The notes under the pieces are model-generated. The model was not told where the DNA came from. It ran no database searches and saw only the letters and a list, made by a program, of their open reading frames with translations. Position numbers and translations under genes: made by a program. From NCBI GenBank assembly GCA_052426225.1, contig JBNJNM010000012.1:186001-250000 (forward strand): 64,000 nt of DNA, in the 5' to 3' direction. Source of the stretch: Zancudomyces culisetae HAW-14-8 (lineage: Eukaryota; Fungi; Kickxellomycota). This document shows positions 12,683 through 24,371 of the stretch, piece after piece (positions within the stretch are counted from its first letter, which is position 1; every line of letters starts with the position of its first letter).

Positions 12683-15600
12683 TGTTTTCTCTTTTTTTTC
12701 CTATGTGTTTTTTTTTACTATTTCAAAATAATTTATTGTATCCTAGTAATTTTCATATATTTTATACTTTTTTTTCTTTTTTTTCTTTTTTTTTTCTTTG
12801 CCTTTTAAATATGTTACAAATTATATTCTTGCAGATTTATATCTTTGTTCCTTTTATTTCCTATCTTATTTCTACCCCCTTTTTTTCATTCTGTGATTAT
12901 AATATTCTTAATGTTAACAAGCACTTACCAATCCAATCCATTCCATTCCAAAAAATACTACAAAATTTTTACAAGTATTCGGATATTGTTTTATAATTTA
13001 TAATTTTCATGGTTTGATGACATAAAAAAAATGAGGCAATATTTTCAAAAATCCTATAAATTACCAATAAAAATCAAATCAAGGAGAACTTTTTAAACTT
13101 GTAAATTCCTCCCAAATGCCCCCCATATATGTCTAAAAGCTCTATATGCCTTTCCTTTCCTATATCACACACACACTCTCTCTTTCTCTCACCACACACC
13201 CTTTTTTATAGCTCTTGATATGACTTATCTCTCTAGTTAGCTTTCAAATAATTTGGAATTCCTCAAATTTGATCTGAGTAGTGGATCAAGTTACCAAACC
13301 CCACACTAACAATAGGTCATAAAAATTACCCATTTCCTTGTAAAACATTCAACGCTATTTTTTTTTCATCGTGCTCGGCTATTTTTTGATATCTTCATTC
13401 CCTCCCCACTCCTCACACTCCCCCCCCCTTCGCTCCCTCCCATTCCCCATACCTTCTTCTCTCTTTTCTGTTAGCTCAATATCCTTCTCATTCTCCTCGC
13501 TATATTTTAATGCTTACATTTTATATAATAAATCGTGCATTTCGTTTCCCTTTTTGTCTAAAATTGGCAAACAAAAACCAATATTAAAAAAAGTGGTATG
13601 ATCAACTTTTTCAATTCCAGCTCTAATGCTCTTCTCACACCCTCCCCTTATTTTCATTATAATTCTTTTTCACTTGGTACTGATATTGCTAGTTGATAAT
13701 AGTTGGTGTTTGCAAATATATCAGTGCCAAAATAATAAAATGTATACTTGACCAGTAAACGTAATCGGCGCTGTGCTTTTCTTTGGATCTATACTTTTTC
13801 CTGGTCACTACGTTAAATATCCAAAAATATCAAGCTTTTTTTTGTCACTATTCATCTAAACCTAAATTTCACCTTTCTCTTGACTTTGTAAAATAATTGG
13901 CTGTTTATGTTGTCGTGAACACAAAATTCACATGTCAGAAATGAAACAACTAGAAATCAAGGGGGGTGTGAAGAAGGAAAGGAGGAAAAGATGATTAAAT
14001 AAATAAATGAAAACTGGGTTTAAAAGAATTGATTTATATCTACTGGAAACAAAAAGCTAAAATAAAGAATACGTAGTATACTAATAGTAATATGCAATGC
14101 ATAGTAAGTATACAATGTTTTGTACTACCAATATACATAATTTAGCTGCTATAAATCTAAATATCTTGAGGGTATTTTTTGTTAGAGAAAACAAGAAACA
14201 ACAGCATATACACATTGATCCACTAAATATATAATATGTTTATATTTTATTTGGATCAAATAGCTTTATTCTTTGCTGCGCCCTAAACAAGGTAAAAATT
14301 TTTTTAGACAACCCAGAGTATTATACAATATACGCATAAATGTGTTTATAGAGATTGATTGCATTGCCATTCTTTCGGTGTACCATTTTATATACGTACA
14401 TTAGTTTGGGGAAAGGATGAGAATGACGATTTATAGAATTGGTGCGGCACTAATCAATTTAAAATTGGTACACAGTTTAGAATTATTGTATAGCAAATGA
14501 ACGAGATATATAGGGGAAAATCAAAAAAATTGTGGTTGGATGAACCGTCCTTATACATATATTCCAAAAAGCAATTTGCAACTTAAGCAAATTGTGTAGA
14601 TTAGTCAATTGTATTGCAGACTGTTACACATCATTTGAATGTGCATCCCTTTCTTGCATCCATTCATATATAAGCAATAACTGATATTCACTTACCAGCT
14701 CATGCGAAGGACATTTTATATTATGAGACATCAAATTATTTATAAATCAAGTGAAATACGAAAAAATGCGTGTGTGTTTTTTACTTTATTATTTTTTTGA
14801 GCGAAATACTACCATATTATCACCCTCCAAGTCATGTGTATGTACGACTTTTATTTTATTTTACAAATTTATCAGTCATAAGAAAAGTGAGGGAGATAAT
14901 TTTAGCCAATGGGCGTTTCAGAGTGAATAACAAAATGTTTGCGGTAAATACCAAAATCATGAAAAACCTCGTTAATTTTTATTACCAAAAAAGGAAATCA
15001 TGATGTGAAATGATGAACGAATGAAAAATAATTTCCAAACTAAAGTTTATATTTATTTTTTCTTGTAGGAATAGCAACACAAAAAACTTAATCCCAGCGA
15101 TTGTGCTAAAAACCAGTACCATCATCTCTTTGTGTTTAAAAAGTTTTAGTGAAGGAACCGAACCCATTTGAAAAGGAAATTTTGATTTCGATCTAATTCT
15201 TGGGACACTTTTTGAAAGAACCCAGAAAAGAGAATTATCAAAAGGGAGGGAGATAGGGTAAATGGGCGAGGCAAGTGTGTGCAAAAGTTGCTTATCCACA
15301 ATTGATATCGTGGACAATTTGTTCTATGGCTTTTTTGTTTTATTTTTATAATTGAGTAACCGGCCAAGGTTATTTGAAATGGACACATGATTTACAACCA
15401 ACTTTAACGCTCTCCGCCTCCACTGTCCATCATCACTGCTCCTCCCCTTTTCTATATCATTAGTGAAAGGTAAAGGTAAAAGTAAAGTAAACAAGAGTAC
15501 AATCTTGCTTGTATTCATGTTTGAGTACAAGCAAATCATAAAATGATTGGGTTAGCTGGTACTGCAAATATGGTATATATTTCTTTTTCTTCCAATTATA

Positions 15601-16682
15601 ATCTCATGGTGCGTGATATCGCGATCCTTACTTTGTCTTTTAAGAGCGCAACATGTATGCGTGGATGTTGGGCTAAAAGAGCTGGAACTATGAAATATCA
15701 AGTTCCTCCAGTTCATCATTAGCCCATTTTATGAAGTATAATTGCGATTCTAAAATAGTCATCAAATTAAAGCCACCACAATTGGTAACTGTGTTTATAT
15801 TTTTCTTTGTTCAAGTTCCATATGAGGAAATTACAGCCTTGAAGGACGAAAAAAACAGAAAAAGATAACCATTATCTTTTACTTGTAAAATGCGATGACT
15901 ATCTAAAAGAACAAAGATACTTGATAAAGCTCAACTCTTTTGATGTGCACAAAAATCTTTTCTTTTTTCTAAATGGTGAAAATGCCGTTAATTGGCAATG
16001 TCGTCCGTGTTTTTCCCAATCTTTTGATTATAAATTACAAGGGAAATTAATTTATAGTGCTATTGTTTTATTACGCAACAACAAATTTCTGTTAGCTGGT
16101 CAAACCACCCTTGAAAAGTGGTAGAATAATAATTATTGTGTTAATAGCTTTTCGCTATAAAACATCGATTTACTTTTCTTTAATTTCTCGCTTGCTAATA
16201 TTTAATAATTTTGCTTTGAGCAATTGTAAATGTTATATATAAGAGTTTTGGAGTATAGATAATCATACCAAGACTCTAAAAACGATCATATCAATAATAA
16301 AGAACGATATTTAATCCAGTACGTTCAACATAAGTGATAAATTAAAGCTTGAAAGAAAAATAGGTACAAATTAGCAACTTGCAAAGTGCATAAATCATAA
16401 GCATATACTAAAAAAACGGGGAAATTGGCTGTATCTACTTGTTTTACGCTAAAAATAATATCAAGGCCAAAAGGAATACAGAATTTAGATTCTAGAAATC
16501 AACAAGTTAATAAAGCAATGCGAAAAAGCAACTGAAATTAATTAAAGAGGTTATTAGATTTTGGCACATAAACAAAATAATACTGGAGACATAATAGACA
16601 TAAAACACCAAAGAAAGGCGCAAGGCATAAAGGTTTAAATATTGCAGTATCAAACACCAGAACTAAACACAGTAGCAATATA

Positions 16683-19600
16683 ATGTTTCAAGTAAGCACA
16701 ATGAATGGCAATAGCCACGGCGGTGAAACTAGAACCACCAACAAGTACAATTTGGTGAAAACACGTTTTGAGCAAACGTCAAATACTTTGTATTCACAAT
16801 TGCAAAGTATAAAATGTAGTAGGAGCAAAACCGAGGACTGGCCTTCGGTATTAATGAGAATGTGGCTACACAGCAATGAGCTGGGGTTTGGAGGGTGTGG
16901 AAGTAACGACAGGTATAACGAGTACTCAAATCTTGAAAAACTGTACAAACTATATACTGCATCTTCGTGCCTACTGCCCAATGGTACAAGAATAAAAAAT
17001 TTACTTTGGCGAGCCAACCGAAACAAGTCAACTCAAGGAGAAAGAAAAGCTCGGGAAAATAGCAGAAGTGCAAACTTACCGTGTGTAAAAGATACATTAG
17101 AAACAAATAATGGGTATAAGGATAAACTGTATATCTCAAAAAAGAAAAGCATTAAAGAGCTTGGGTCGTTATATGAAATGAGTACAAGGACCGTCGAGAT
17201 GGAGACTGCAAACATTTCTGCATTGCCCCGGCACTCAAACGACGGATCTTCAGAAACAAATGGAGGCTTATCCGATGTTACATATGATGGTTACGGAATG
17301 AAGCAGAATCCAGCAAAATTTACGCCAGTATTTGGTGGTTATTCACATGAAATGTATAGCAATGTATTTGAAAAAGAAGTGGATGCAATATCAAGTAATA
17401 TGAGCCTTTTTAATAATGATAATAGCGAGATTCACAGCGTATATAGCGACTCAATATCTCGATTTACAAACAGTGACGATAAAGAAAATGGGAACAGTAA
17501 TACTAGAAATAAAATTGATAGAGTTGATCACACTGAGCAAAAAGCACATCTAAATGAGACAAAGATGAATAGAATTGTAGATAGTGGTATGGATAATATC
17601 ATAACTAATCCTGCCAACTATATTGACTTGGCGAATGTCCATAGAAGGATGAAAAATTCTGGTGCCGAGAACGCTAACGGCATTGGATATTCAACGAATA
17701 CACTAGATCACACTAATATTTCAAACCTGACCAGAGATACAGATATAAGTCTACAAGTTTTCAATAGACTGAATAGTCACGGACCCGTCATAAACATTGG
17801 TAGCAGAATCAGTAACACAGATGATGGCAGCCGAAAAAACCAAGATGGGAGGTCAACTATCGACTATGATTCTTCAGATGCGAGTACATTTGCCTCAAAC
17901 CAGAATATGAGTGCAAGTAGTGGGGGAGCAAGTAAAGAGATGGGGGTGGGCGTGGGGATAGGAGATCCTCTAAATAATAGTTTATTGGATATATCCAGTT
18001 TGTTAGATGTCATTCGCAAGCTGAAATCAGAAAGTGATGCTGTTAAAGGAAAAACCGCCAATTCAGAGTTTTATTTTGATGACTTTGGATATTCAGATGG
18101 ATCTATATATGCACCAGAAAACGCATTTATGTTGTCCGAGCCGGGAAATGTCAGACATATTAAAATGATTTTAGATCCACAAAAAGGGCAAAACGTTTTT
18201 ACTCCCAACGAACACAAAAAATGTGCTTTAAAGAGGAAAGACAGAGAAAACAATGGTATATTGGAATCTGAAGGTGATACAAAAGGCTATCCTTCCACGG
18301 ACGCAGGGCCACACGACACCAACTTTCCTATTAATGAGGAAATTGGTAGAATATTCTATCTAGATCCATCGAATGCAGCAGCTTTGGGCAAAACCTATTT
18401 TAGTGATGAAGCCTTCACACGATTTCTGGACACACAGCTTCAGGCAGAGCGAGGAAGTCTACGTGAAATGCATGAAAAGGAGTTTTCTGGTAGTTCTGAC
18501 CAGCTGAATGCAATAGCCAACATACAAAATGGTAGAAATACTAGCCAGGAAACATTAGTAGTAAATGATAACAACGGTGAGCTTAGTCTTCACAGTGGTG
18601 GTATAAAATGGTCGCAGAACGCATTTTTGGATGCAAACTCGGTTTTTCAAGGAAAAGAAAGCGTAAAAGAAAAACCACAAGTCAAATTTCACGTAGACCA
18701 TGGAAAAGAAGGTGAATCCTCACTTTTATCTGCAAATACAACATATTATAGACCAGGAGACAGCTTGAGGAATGAAATCTTCGAGATACTACAGGGGAAT
18801 AATACAGAAATTGAGCCTTCAAAGTCACAAACACCATTAAATAAATCTATCCAGAATCACCCGCAACCAGATAATTTAAATATGCATGTAAATGAAAATC
18901 AAAGCACAAGAAAAAATACAACAAGTGAAACAGGGTCCATTGACTCTCCCAAGGCCACTCTTAAAAATACCATAGCATCCTTTGCCACTACAACAACTAC
19001 AAACCTGCAGGAAAAGACAGCCGGTGCAACCGAAAGCATTCAGATGCCCTCCTTTAGAAGTAGTTCTAAAGGTGGAAAGAGCAAAAACAGGAATAGCGTA
19101 AATTCATTTATCTCGCCCAAAGGGTCAAATGATCCTTTCTTAATCGCAGATCCTATATTAAGCAGCTTCTATTCTGCATTGGGCGTTACAACAGCCAAAG
19201 ATTATTTAGATTCTTCATCATCCACCGCTTCTGCAACTAGAAATAGACAACTGAATTCAGAAATAGAGGGAGAATCCACGAATGCTTTCAAAGAGAATAA
19301 GGCTTCGGACCCCTTGTTTACCAACCGTACTACAATCTCTGGCACACCTACCAACTTCGCTGCTACTGATGTTTCATTTTCGTTCATCAAAGATAATTTG
19401 AGACATTCGTCCAGTGTTGGCCAGGTTTCGAATTCACAGCAAAATTCATTCATCAAATGCCTGGAAATCATGAAAACGCATAAAATGAGCGAACAACTAT
19501 CGGATATAGCGTTTGGTTCGGACAAATATTCAATAAACAAAAATATCAGTGGAGTTGCAACAGCACTTCCGACTAGAGACTCGGCCAACCATTCTTTAGG

Positions 19601-20984
19601 TGGAGGTAGTAGCACATTCCAGTCTTCAAACATTTCCACCAAAGAATCACATGAACATACAAGCAGTAGACAGCTTGATTTTGGCACTGATAAAAATAAT
19701 GTCGATTTTATTTATGGTATGGTAGAATCCAAGGAAGGGGTCTTTGAAACTCATAACAATGCCAATAACAACAACGACATCGTCAACAATACCAACAGTA
19801 TTAATACCAATCATGTCAATATCAAAAATAGCAATACCAGCAATACTAATACCAGCAGCAATAGTAGTATTGGTTTTAACAATACTGATGAGAAACGTGA
19901 CGAAAATACAAGCAGTGAAGTGAAAATAACATGCACTAACTGTAAAGCATGGAAAACGCCACTATGGCGCCGAGATCCAAAGGGAAATCCGCTTTGTAAT
20001 GCCTGCGGACTATTCTTCAAGCTTCATGGTGTGATGCGTCCTCTCACCCTCAAGACAAACGTCATCAAGCGCCGAAACCGAAACAGCAAAAAAATAAAGC
20101 TCGAGAATATTTTTTCTTCAGCTCGGCCGCACCTATCCGATATCAATAACCATAACCTAGCACCTGCCGCAACCTCGACTCTTGTAGGTTCTAACAACCT
20201 TGAAATGAACTTTGTTACTGCGCTGAAAAGCAAAATTCCCACAATTCTTCCAAAGCCCTCTGAAACCACCGAGTTCCGACCATCGTTTTCTCTTTCCCAC
20301 TCATCCCATAGTTTGGTATCCGAAAACCCTAGCCAGCGATCGGAAAATACTGCCGATTCGTCTCCCGGAAACTCTCAGATCTTAAAGCATTACTCTTCTG
20401 ATGAGTTTGATGACTCCACCATTCCCACCAAACGCGTAAAAACAGATAATACTCCTATAGGCAAGTTGATCTCCCAGTCCTTGAGTGGGTCAATATCCAA
20501 CCAAAAAAGCTCTATTTCCACTTCTGATGGTCTAACATTGCCATCGGAAGAATTTCACCCAGAAAAGACTTCGCTTTCAAACGGGTCTAAGGGGAAATCT
20601 TCGTCTGCAAAACCTAAAATGCCATCAAAATTTACTTCCAATTCGGTGATTAGCTCAACCTCTTCAACATCTACCAAAATTACCACAATCCGGGAAAACG
20701 GGGCTCAAGGCTCTTTGGGTAACGCCAGCACACTGGTTAGAGTGAAGGATAACAAGTCATCGATAGCCGCACATATTTTGAAATCAATCTTAAAGTCCAG
20801 CTCTGATGCATACTCGAGTAATGGCCTTGGAAAAAAAAACAGGATAGTCACTGAATCGAATTTCAAAGTCAATTCTGTAAAACTGATTCACAAAGAAAAA
20901 CCCACCCCGAACACCTTGTCCTTATCTTCGCTGTTGAACAATAAGGATGGTGGTTTGGAAAAGACAGCTGAGTCAAAACCTTAA
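16683..20984 (+). CDS. areA: AreA/NIT2/Gat1-type nitrogen-regulatory GATA transcription factor
   Basis: Single GATA finger CTNC-x17-CNAC with TPLWRR and [26 protein letters not shown]-terminal DUF1752-like segment [24 protein letters not shown]. Confidence 0.88.
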   Translation: MFQVSTMNGNSHGGETRTTNKYNLVKTRFEQTSNTLYSQLQSIKCSRSKTEDWPSVLMRMWLHSNELGFGGCGSNDRYNEYSNLEKLYKLYTASSCLLPNGTRIKNLLWRANRNKSTQGERKARENSRSANLPCVKDTLETNNGYKDKLYISKKKSIKELGSLYEMSTRTVEMETANISALPRHSNDGSSETNGGLSDVTYDGYGMKQNPAKFTPVFGGYSHEMYSNVFEKEVDAISSNMSLFNNDNSEIHSVYSDSISRFTNSDDKENGNSNTRNKIDRVDHTEQKAHLNETKMNRIVDSGMDNIITNPANYIDLANVHRRMKNSGAENANGIGYSTNTLDHTNISNLTRDTDISLQVFNRLNSHGPVINIGSRISNTDDGSRKNQDGRSTIDYDSSDASTFASNQNMSASSGGASKEMGVGVGIGDPLNNSLLDISSLLDVIRKLKSESDAVKGKTANSEFYFDDFGYSDGSIYAPENAFMLSEPGNVRHIKMILDPQKGQNVFTPNEHKKCALKRKDRENNGILESEGDTKGYPSTDAGPHDTNFPINEEIGRIFYLDPSNAAALGKTYFSDEAFTRFLDTQLQAERGSLREMHEKEFSGSSDQLNAIANIQNGRNTSQETLVVNDNNGELSLHSGGIKWSQNAFLDANSVFQGKESVKEKPQVKFHVDHGKEGESSLLSANTTYYRPGDSLRNEIFEILQGNNTEIEPSKSQTPLNKSIQNHPQPDNLNMHVNENQSTRKNTTSETGSIDSPKATLKNTIASFATTTTTNLQEKTAGATESIQMPSFRSSSKGGKSKNRNSVNSFISPKGSNDPFLIADPILSSFYSALGVTTAKDYLDSSSSTASATRNRQLNSEIEGESTNAFKENKASDPLFTNRTTISGTPTNFAATDVSFSFIKDNLRHSSSVGQVSNSQQNSFIKCLEIMKTHKMSEQLSDIAFGSDKYSINKNISGVATALPTRDSANHSLGGGSSTFQSSNISTKESHEHTSSRQLDFGTDKNNVDFIYGMVESKEGVFETHNNANNNNDIVNNTNSINTNHVNIKNSNTSNTNTSSNSSIGFNNTDEKRDENTSSEVKITCTNCKAWKTPLWRRDPKGNPLCNACGLFFKLHGVMRPLTLKTNVIKRRNRNSKKIKLENIFSSARPHLSDINNHNLAPAATSTLVGSNNLEMNFVTALKSKIPTILPKPSETTEFRPSFSLSHSSHSLVSENPSQRSENTADSSPGNSQILKHYSSDEFDDSTIPTKRVKTDNTPIGKLISQSLSGSISNQKSSISTSDGLTLPSEEFHPEKTSLSNGSKGKSSSAKPKMPSKFTSNSVISSTSSTSTKITTIRENGAQGSLGNASTLVRVKDNKSSIAAHILKSILKSSSDAYSSNGLGKKNRIVTESNFKVNSVKLIHKEKPTPNTLSLSSLLNNKDGGLEKTAESKP

Positions 20985-22366
20985 TTACGTATATCTTTTT
21001 CTTTTTTTTTTGTTGACATTCCAATTTTTTGTAAGTAATACATTTTCTTTTTTCTTCTTTTTTGGTAAGTAATTTTTGTATCTATAAGCCCAATTTATAT
21101 TACTTTTTCACATTACACTAGAGTAAATACATCAATAACCATTTATCTGAATAAATATAGCTTCTCCGTTCTCATTTCATGAATAGATACAAATATGAGT
21201 GTAATTTACTATTAATGAGATATTTTTACTCTGGTCAATGCTATCGTATTGAAACTTTAGCTTTTCAATATGGTTCGTACCCTTTAAGTTGTGAACAAAA
21301 AAAAATGCTTCAAGCTAATAAAAAAAAACGCAAGTCAGAGCCAAATTTTCAACCAAGCATTCAGATCAATGGATAAAAAAAATCAGTTTACAAACCATAA
21401 ACGGTGTTGACTTTTTTTCTTAAACTGGGATCTCTGTATTTGAACAAAGATCTATGGTTACTATTTTTGCAGTATACAAAAACAAAAACATATCTTGGTA
21501 AAAACAATCCAGTAATATGGTGCTTACTGTCGAACCATCTGTTGAATAATGTAAAGTTTTACATATACCACTTGTCTTCTTTCCGATTCTTGGACTGTTT
21601 TCCGCTTTTTGAGTTTCTGACTATTTACATCGATTAGGTCAGCTAACCAAAAAAATAGCCCATATTCTTCTAATTGTATACAATACCCACGAGTTATATT
21701 GTTGAACCACAATTCAATTAGTTAGAACCAAAACAATATTTTAATAATAAAAAATTTTTTGAGCAAGTATACTTGCCTATTTGGTTTGGTATCCCTGTAT
21801 AATTATTTAAATTTGGTTACACAATTAAGCGATAACAGTGAGACAAGAGTATAAAAGGAGAATGGGTAATAAAATAAGACTAAAACAAAACAAAAGGCCA
21901 GAACTAAATTGATGAAATTGATTTCGGTTTGTAAATAAAATCCAAAGTTGGCAGGGGTTTGAATAATCGAAAACAATAATTGAAAAGGCAAGCCAAAAAA
22001 CGTAAATCAAGCGAATTCGATTTGTAAAAAGGCTTATTTATTACTAGTTTCTTATCAAAAATGCCATAATATTGCGAATAGAAAAGTTTTTTGATTTTTG
22101 CTTCCATCTCACTTTTGCTCTATTATACTCGATATTTTTTCTTTAATCACTTTACTTTAATTGGTAAAATAAAACCTACAACTACAGTGAATCTAAAAAC
22201 AATATCAACTTTGCTCAACTGAACAGAAAATTTTCATTATAAAAAAAAGGAACAAAGCTGCACTTCAAAAATAGGAAAACTACAAAATTAAAATATATTT
22301 TCGAGTTCTTTAGAATTATCCGGGCTCAAGATCCAAAAGAAATATAGCAAAAATTAGGATACGACA

Positions 22367-23179
22367 ATGGTAGCGTGGCCTCCAGCAGGAATAACAGTAG
22401 TACCTGAGGATATGATCCTTGGGTCTCTATCCAAGTACGTAATGCAACCTCAGTACGTACTGACCATCATCTTTACTTATGTCATTCTTGTTCATGTGTT
22501 GCAACCACCAAAGGAAAAATCAACAGTGTCAAGAATCGAAGCCAAGAAAAGCACCAAGGATATTGGAAAAGTCGCTAAGCAGAATAGTGCTCTTACTGCC
22601 TTTATCTTCTTGCACAACACACTCTTGTGCTTGTACTCTGCTTGGACATTTGTGAAGTCCGCACCATTGGTATATAAAGTATTTACAACAGAGGGTGTGT
22701 GTGATCCAAACAACGTATCGTGGAACAGTGGGATGCTTGAGATAACATACTTGTTCTACTTGTCAAAATACTACGAATTTGTAGATACTGCAATTATCTT
22801 GATGAAGGGACGTCGCGTGATAACCCTCCAAACATACCATCATGCAGGTGCAATACTGGGCATGTATTTGGGATGCCTGTTCATTCCCACACAAATCTAC
22901 TCTTTTGTCGTATTCAACTCATTTGTGCACACAATCATGTATGCATACTATGCGCTCACAAGTATTGGATTCACACCACCAGGTAAGAAATACATCACCA
23001 AGATGCAACTTACACAATTCTTCCTCGGTTTTGGAGTTGCTACAGTAATGTCATTCTTCGAACACTGCAACCAATTCACCAAAGTTTTGGCCACGTCTGT
23101 GAACTTGCTTTATGTTATCCCTCTTGTTTCCTTGTTCTTGGACTTTTCCAAGAAAACATACAAGAAAAAGGCAGAGTAA
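22367..23179 (+). CDS. GNS1/SUR4-family fatty acid elongase, paralog 1
   Basis: FYLSKYYEFVDT, LQTYHH (QxxHH variant His box), NSFVHTIMYAYY, ITKMQLTQF, C-terminal KKxx ER-retrieval signal. Confidence 0.95.
   Translation: MVAWPPAGITVVPEDMILGSLSKYVMQPQYVLTIIFTYVILVHVLQPPKEKSTVSRIEAKKSTKDIGKVAKQNSALTAFIFLHNTLLCLYSAWTFVKSAPLVYKVFTTEGVCDPNNVSWNSGMLEITYLFYLSKYYEFVDTAIILMKGRRVITLQTYHHAGAILGMYLGCLFIPTQIYSFVVFNSFVHTIMYAYYALTSIGFTPPGKKYITKMQLTQFFLGFGVATVMSFFEHCNQFTKVLATSVNLLYVIPLVSLFLDFSKKTYKKKAE
22375..22968 (+). repeat. Inverted-repeat arm shared with elongase paralog 2 (partner ~37747-38340)
   Basis: 22375-22839 is the reverse complement of 37876-38340 with one substitution seen by eye. Similarity is patchy up to ~22968, then the copies diverge. 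Confidence 0.93.
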
Positions 23180-24090
23180 ATATGCTTTGAATACTGACGC
23201 CTTTTGCAGATTTTGTTGTCTAGAAATAAAGTTGAAACGTTTGATCCTTTTAACATAGTTGTTGAGATTTAGTGTTTTTTTTTAGTTTCAATAAAGTGCG
23301 ACGTATTCTAACGATTAATTGGTTTGTAGAGGCTAATATTTCTTTTGAGATGAAGATACAAATAATGTCACGTGTTTCATCATATTAGCGCAATTAACTG
23401 ATCGACGAAGGGTGTATTGAATGCACACACTCTCGAACACTTTAATTTCTAAATACGTTTTTCTCTAAATCCTACCACTATTTTCGCAAAATTACATAAC
23501 TTACGCGTAAACTACAGCAGCGCATTGAGCAAGTATATTTTCATTGGCTAATAACAAAAATGTAAATCAAAGTTTAGAACCTAATCTTATCTGCCTAGGA
23601 TAATAACAAACAACCACACTCTCGCTCTCCGGAATACGCTTTTCGCAGTTTAAGATACGTAGGCAGACTATTTTTGCAGTGCTCAAAGGGATGAAACTAA
23701 ACTCTTTTATTTATAAAGACCCATCTACCAGAAATATTAAACTAGGAACTGATGCTACATGCTCTTACCCCCCAACCCCCTCCATTTCCACTGCGAAATA
23801 TTTTTTAATGACAGTAGAGAAAGCTTTTTAAAGATTCCTTCAGGAGAAAAACTCAAATTTCAACAATTTCAGTATGGTTATCAACAGGAATAACAGTGGT
23901 GCCTAAGGATATAATCTTTAAATCTCTACCTAAGGTGTTGGTCACTAGTTTATCTTTTGTACTACTTTTATCACATCCTTTTTGGGCTTCGTACGATAAA
24001 CATTTGAAGAGAAGAAAATCTAGTAAAAATTATTATTGCATAGGTTTTTCTATTCTTATCTCTTTTTTAAAAAAGCGGCACCATCAAATC

Positions 24091-24371
24091 TTTTTATGTA
24101 TGAAGGAATTGTATTTGGAACCACAAGGTAGCACCACTCTCTTAGTCGTAATAAAAGTGCTTATGAATCATACAATCACTATCAAATAGAGCTTCTGCTG
24201 TGTATGACACAAAGGTTAGGAGGTATTGAAAAGTTCAAACTGAGCGTATGGATCGAGATCATAGCCATGATCAGGTGTTGGGATGAGACTGTAATATGAA
24301 TACATGATGGAAATCAGGGCTAAAGCGAGCACCCGGAATGTGATAGATGTGTATTTGTGTATTTGTAATTT
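24091..24371 (+). repeat. Non-coding ~280-bp repeat R, copy 1 (inverted partner 39245-39541)
   Basis: Direct reverse-complement match with about 3 substitutions. This copy has 2 units of a TGTGTATT octamer versus 4 in copy 2. Confidence 0.95.

Noticed and set aside
15850-16682. Several GATAA sites upstream of the GATA factor (autoregulation)
   Set aside because: Expected by chance at this AT content.
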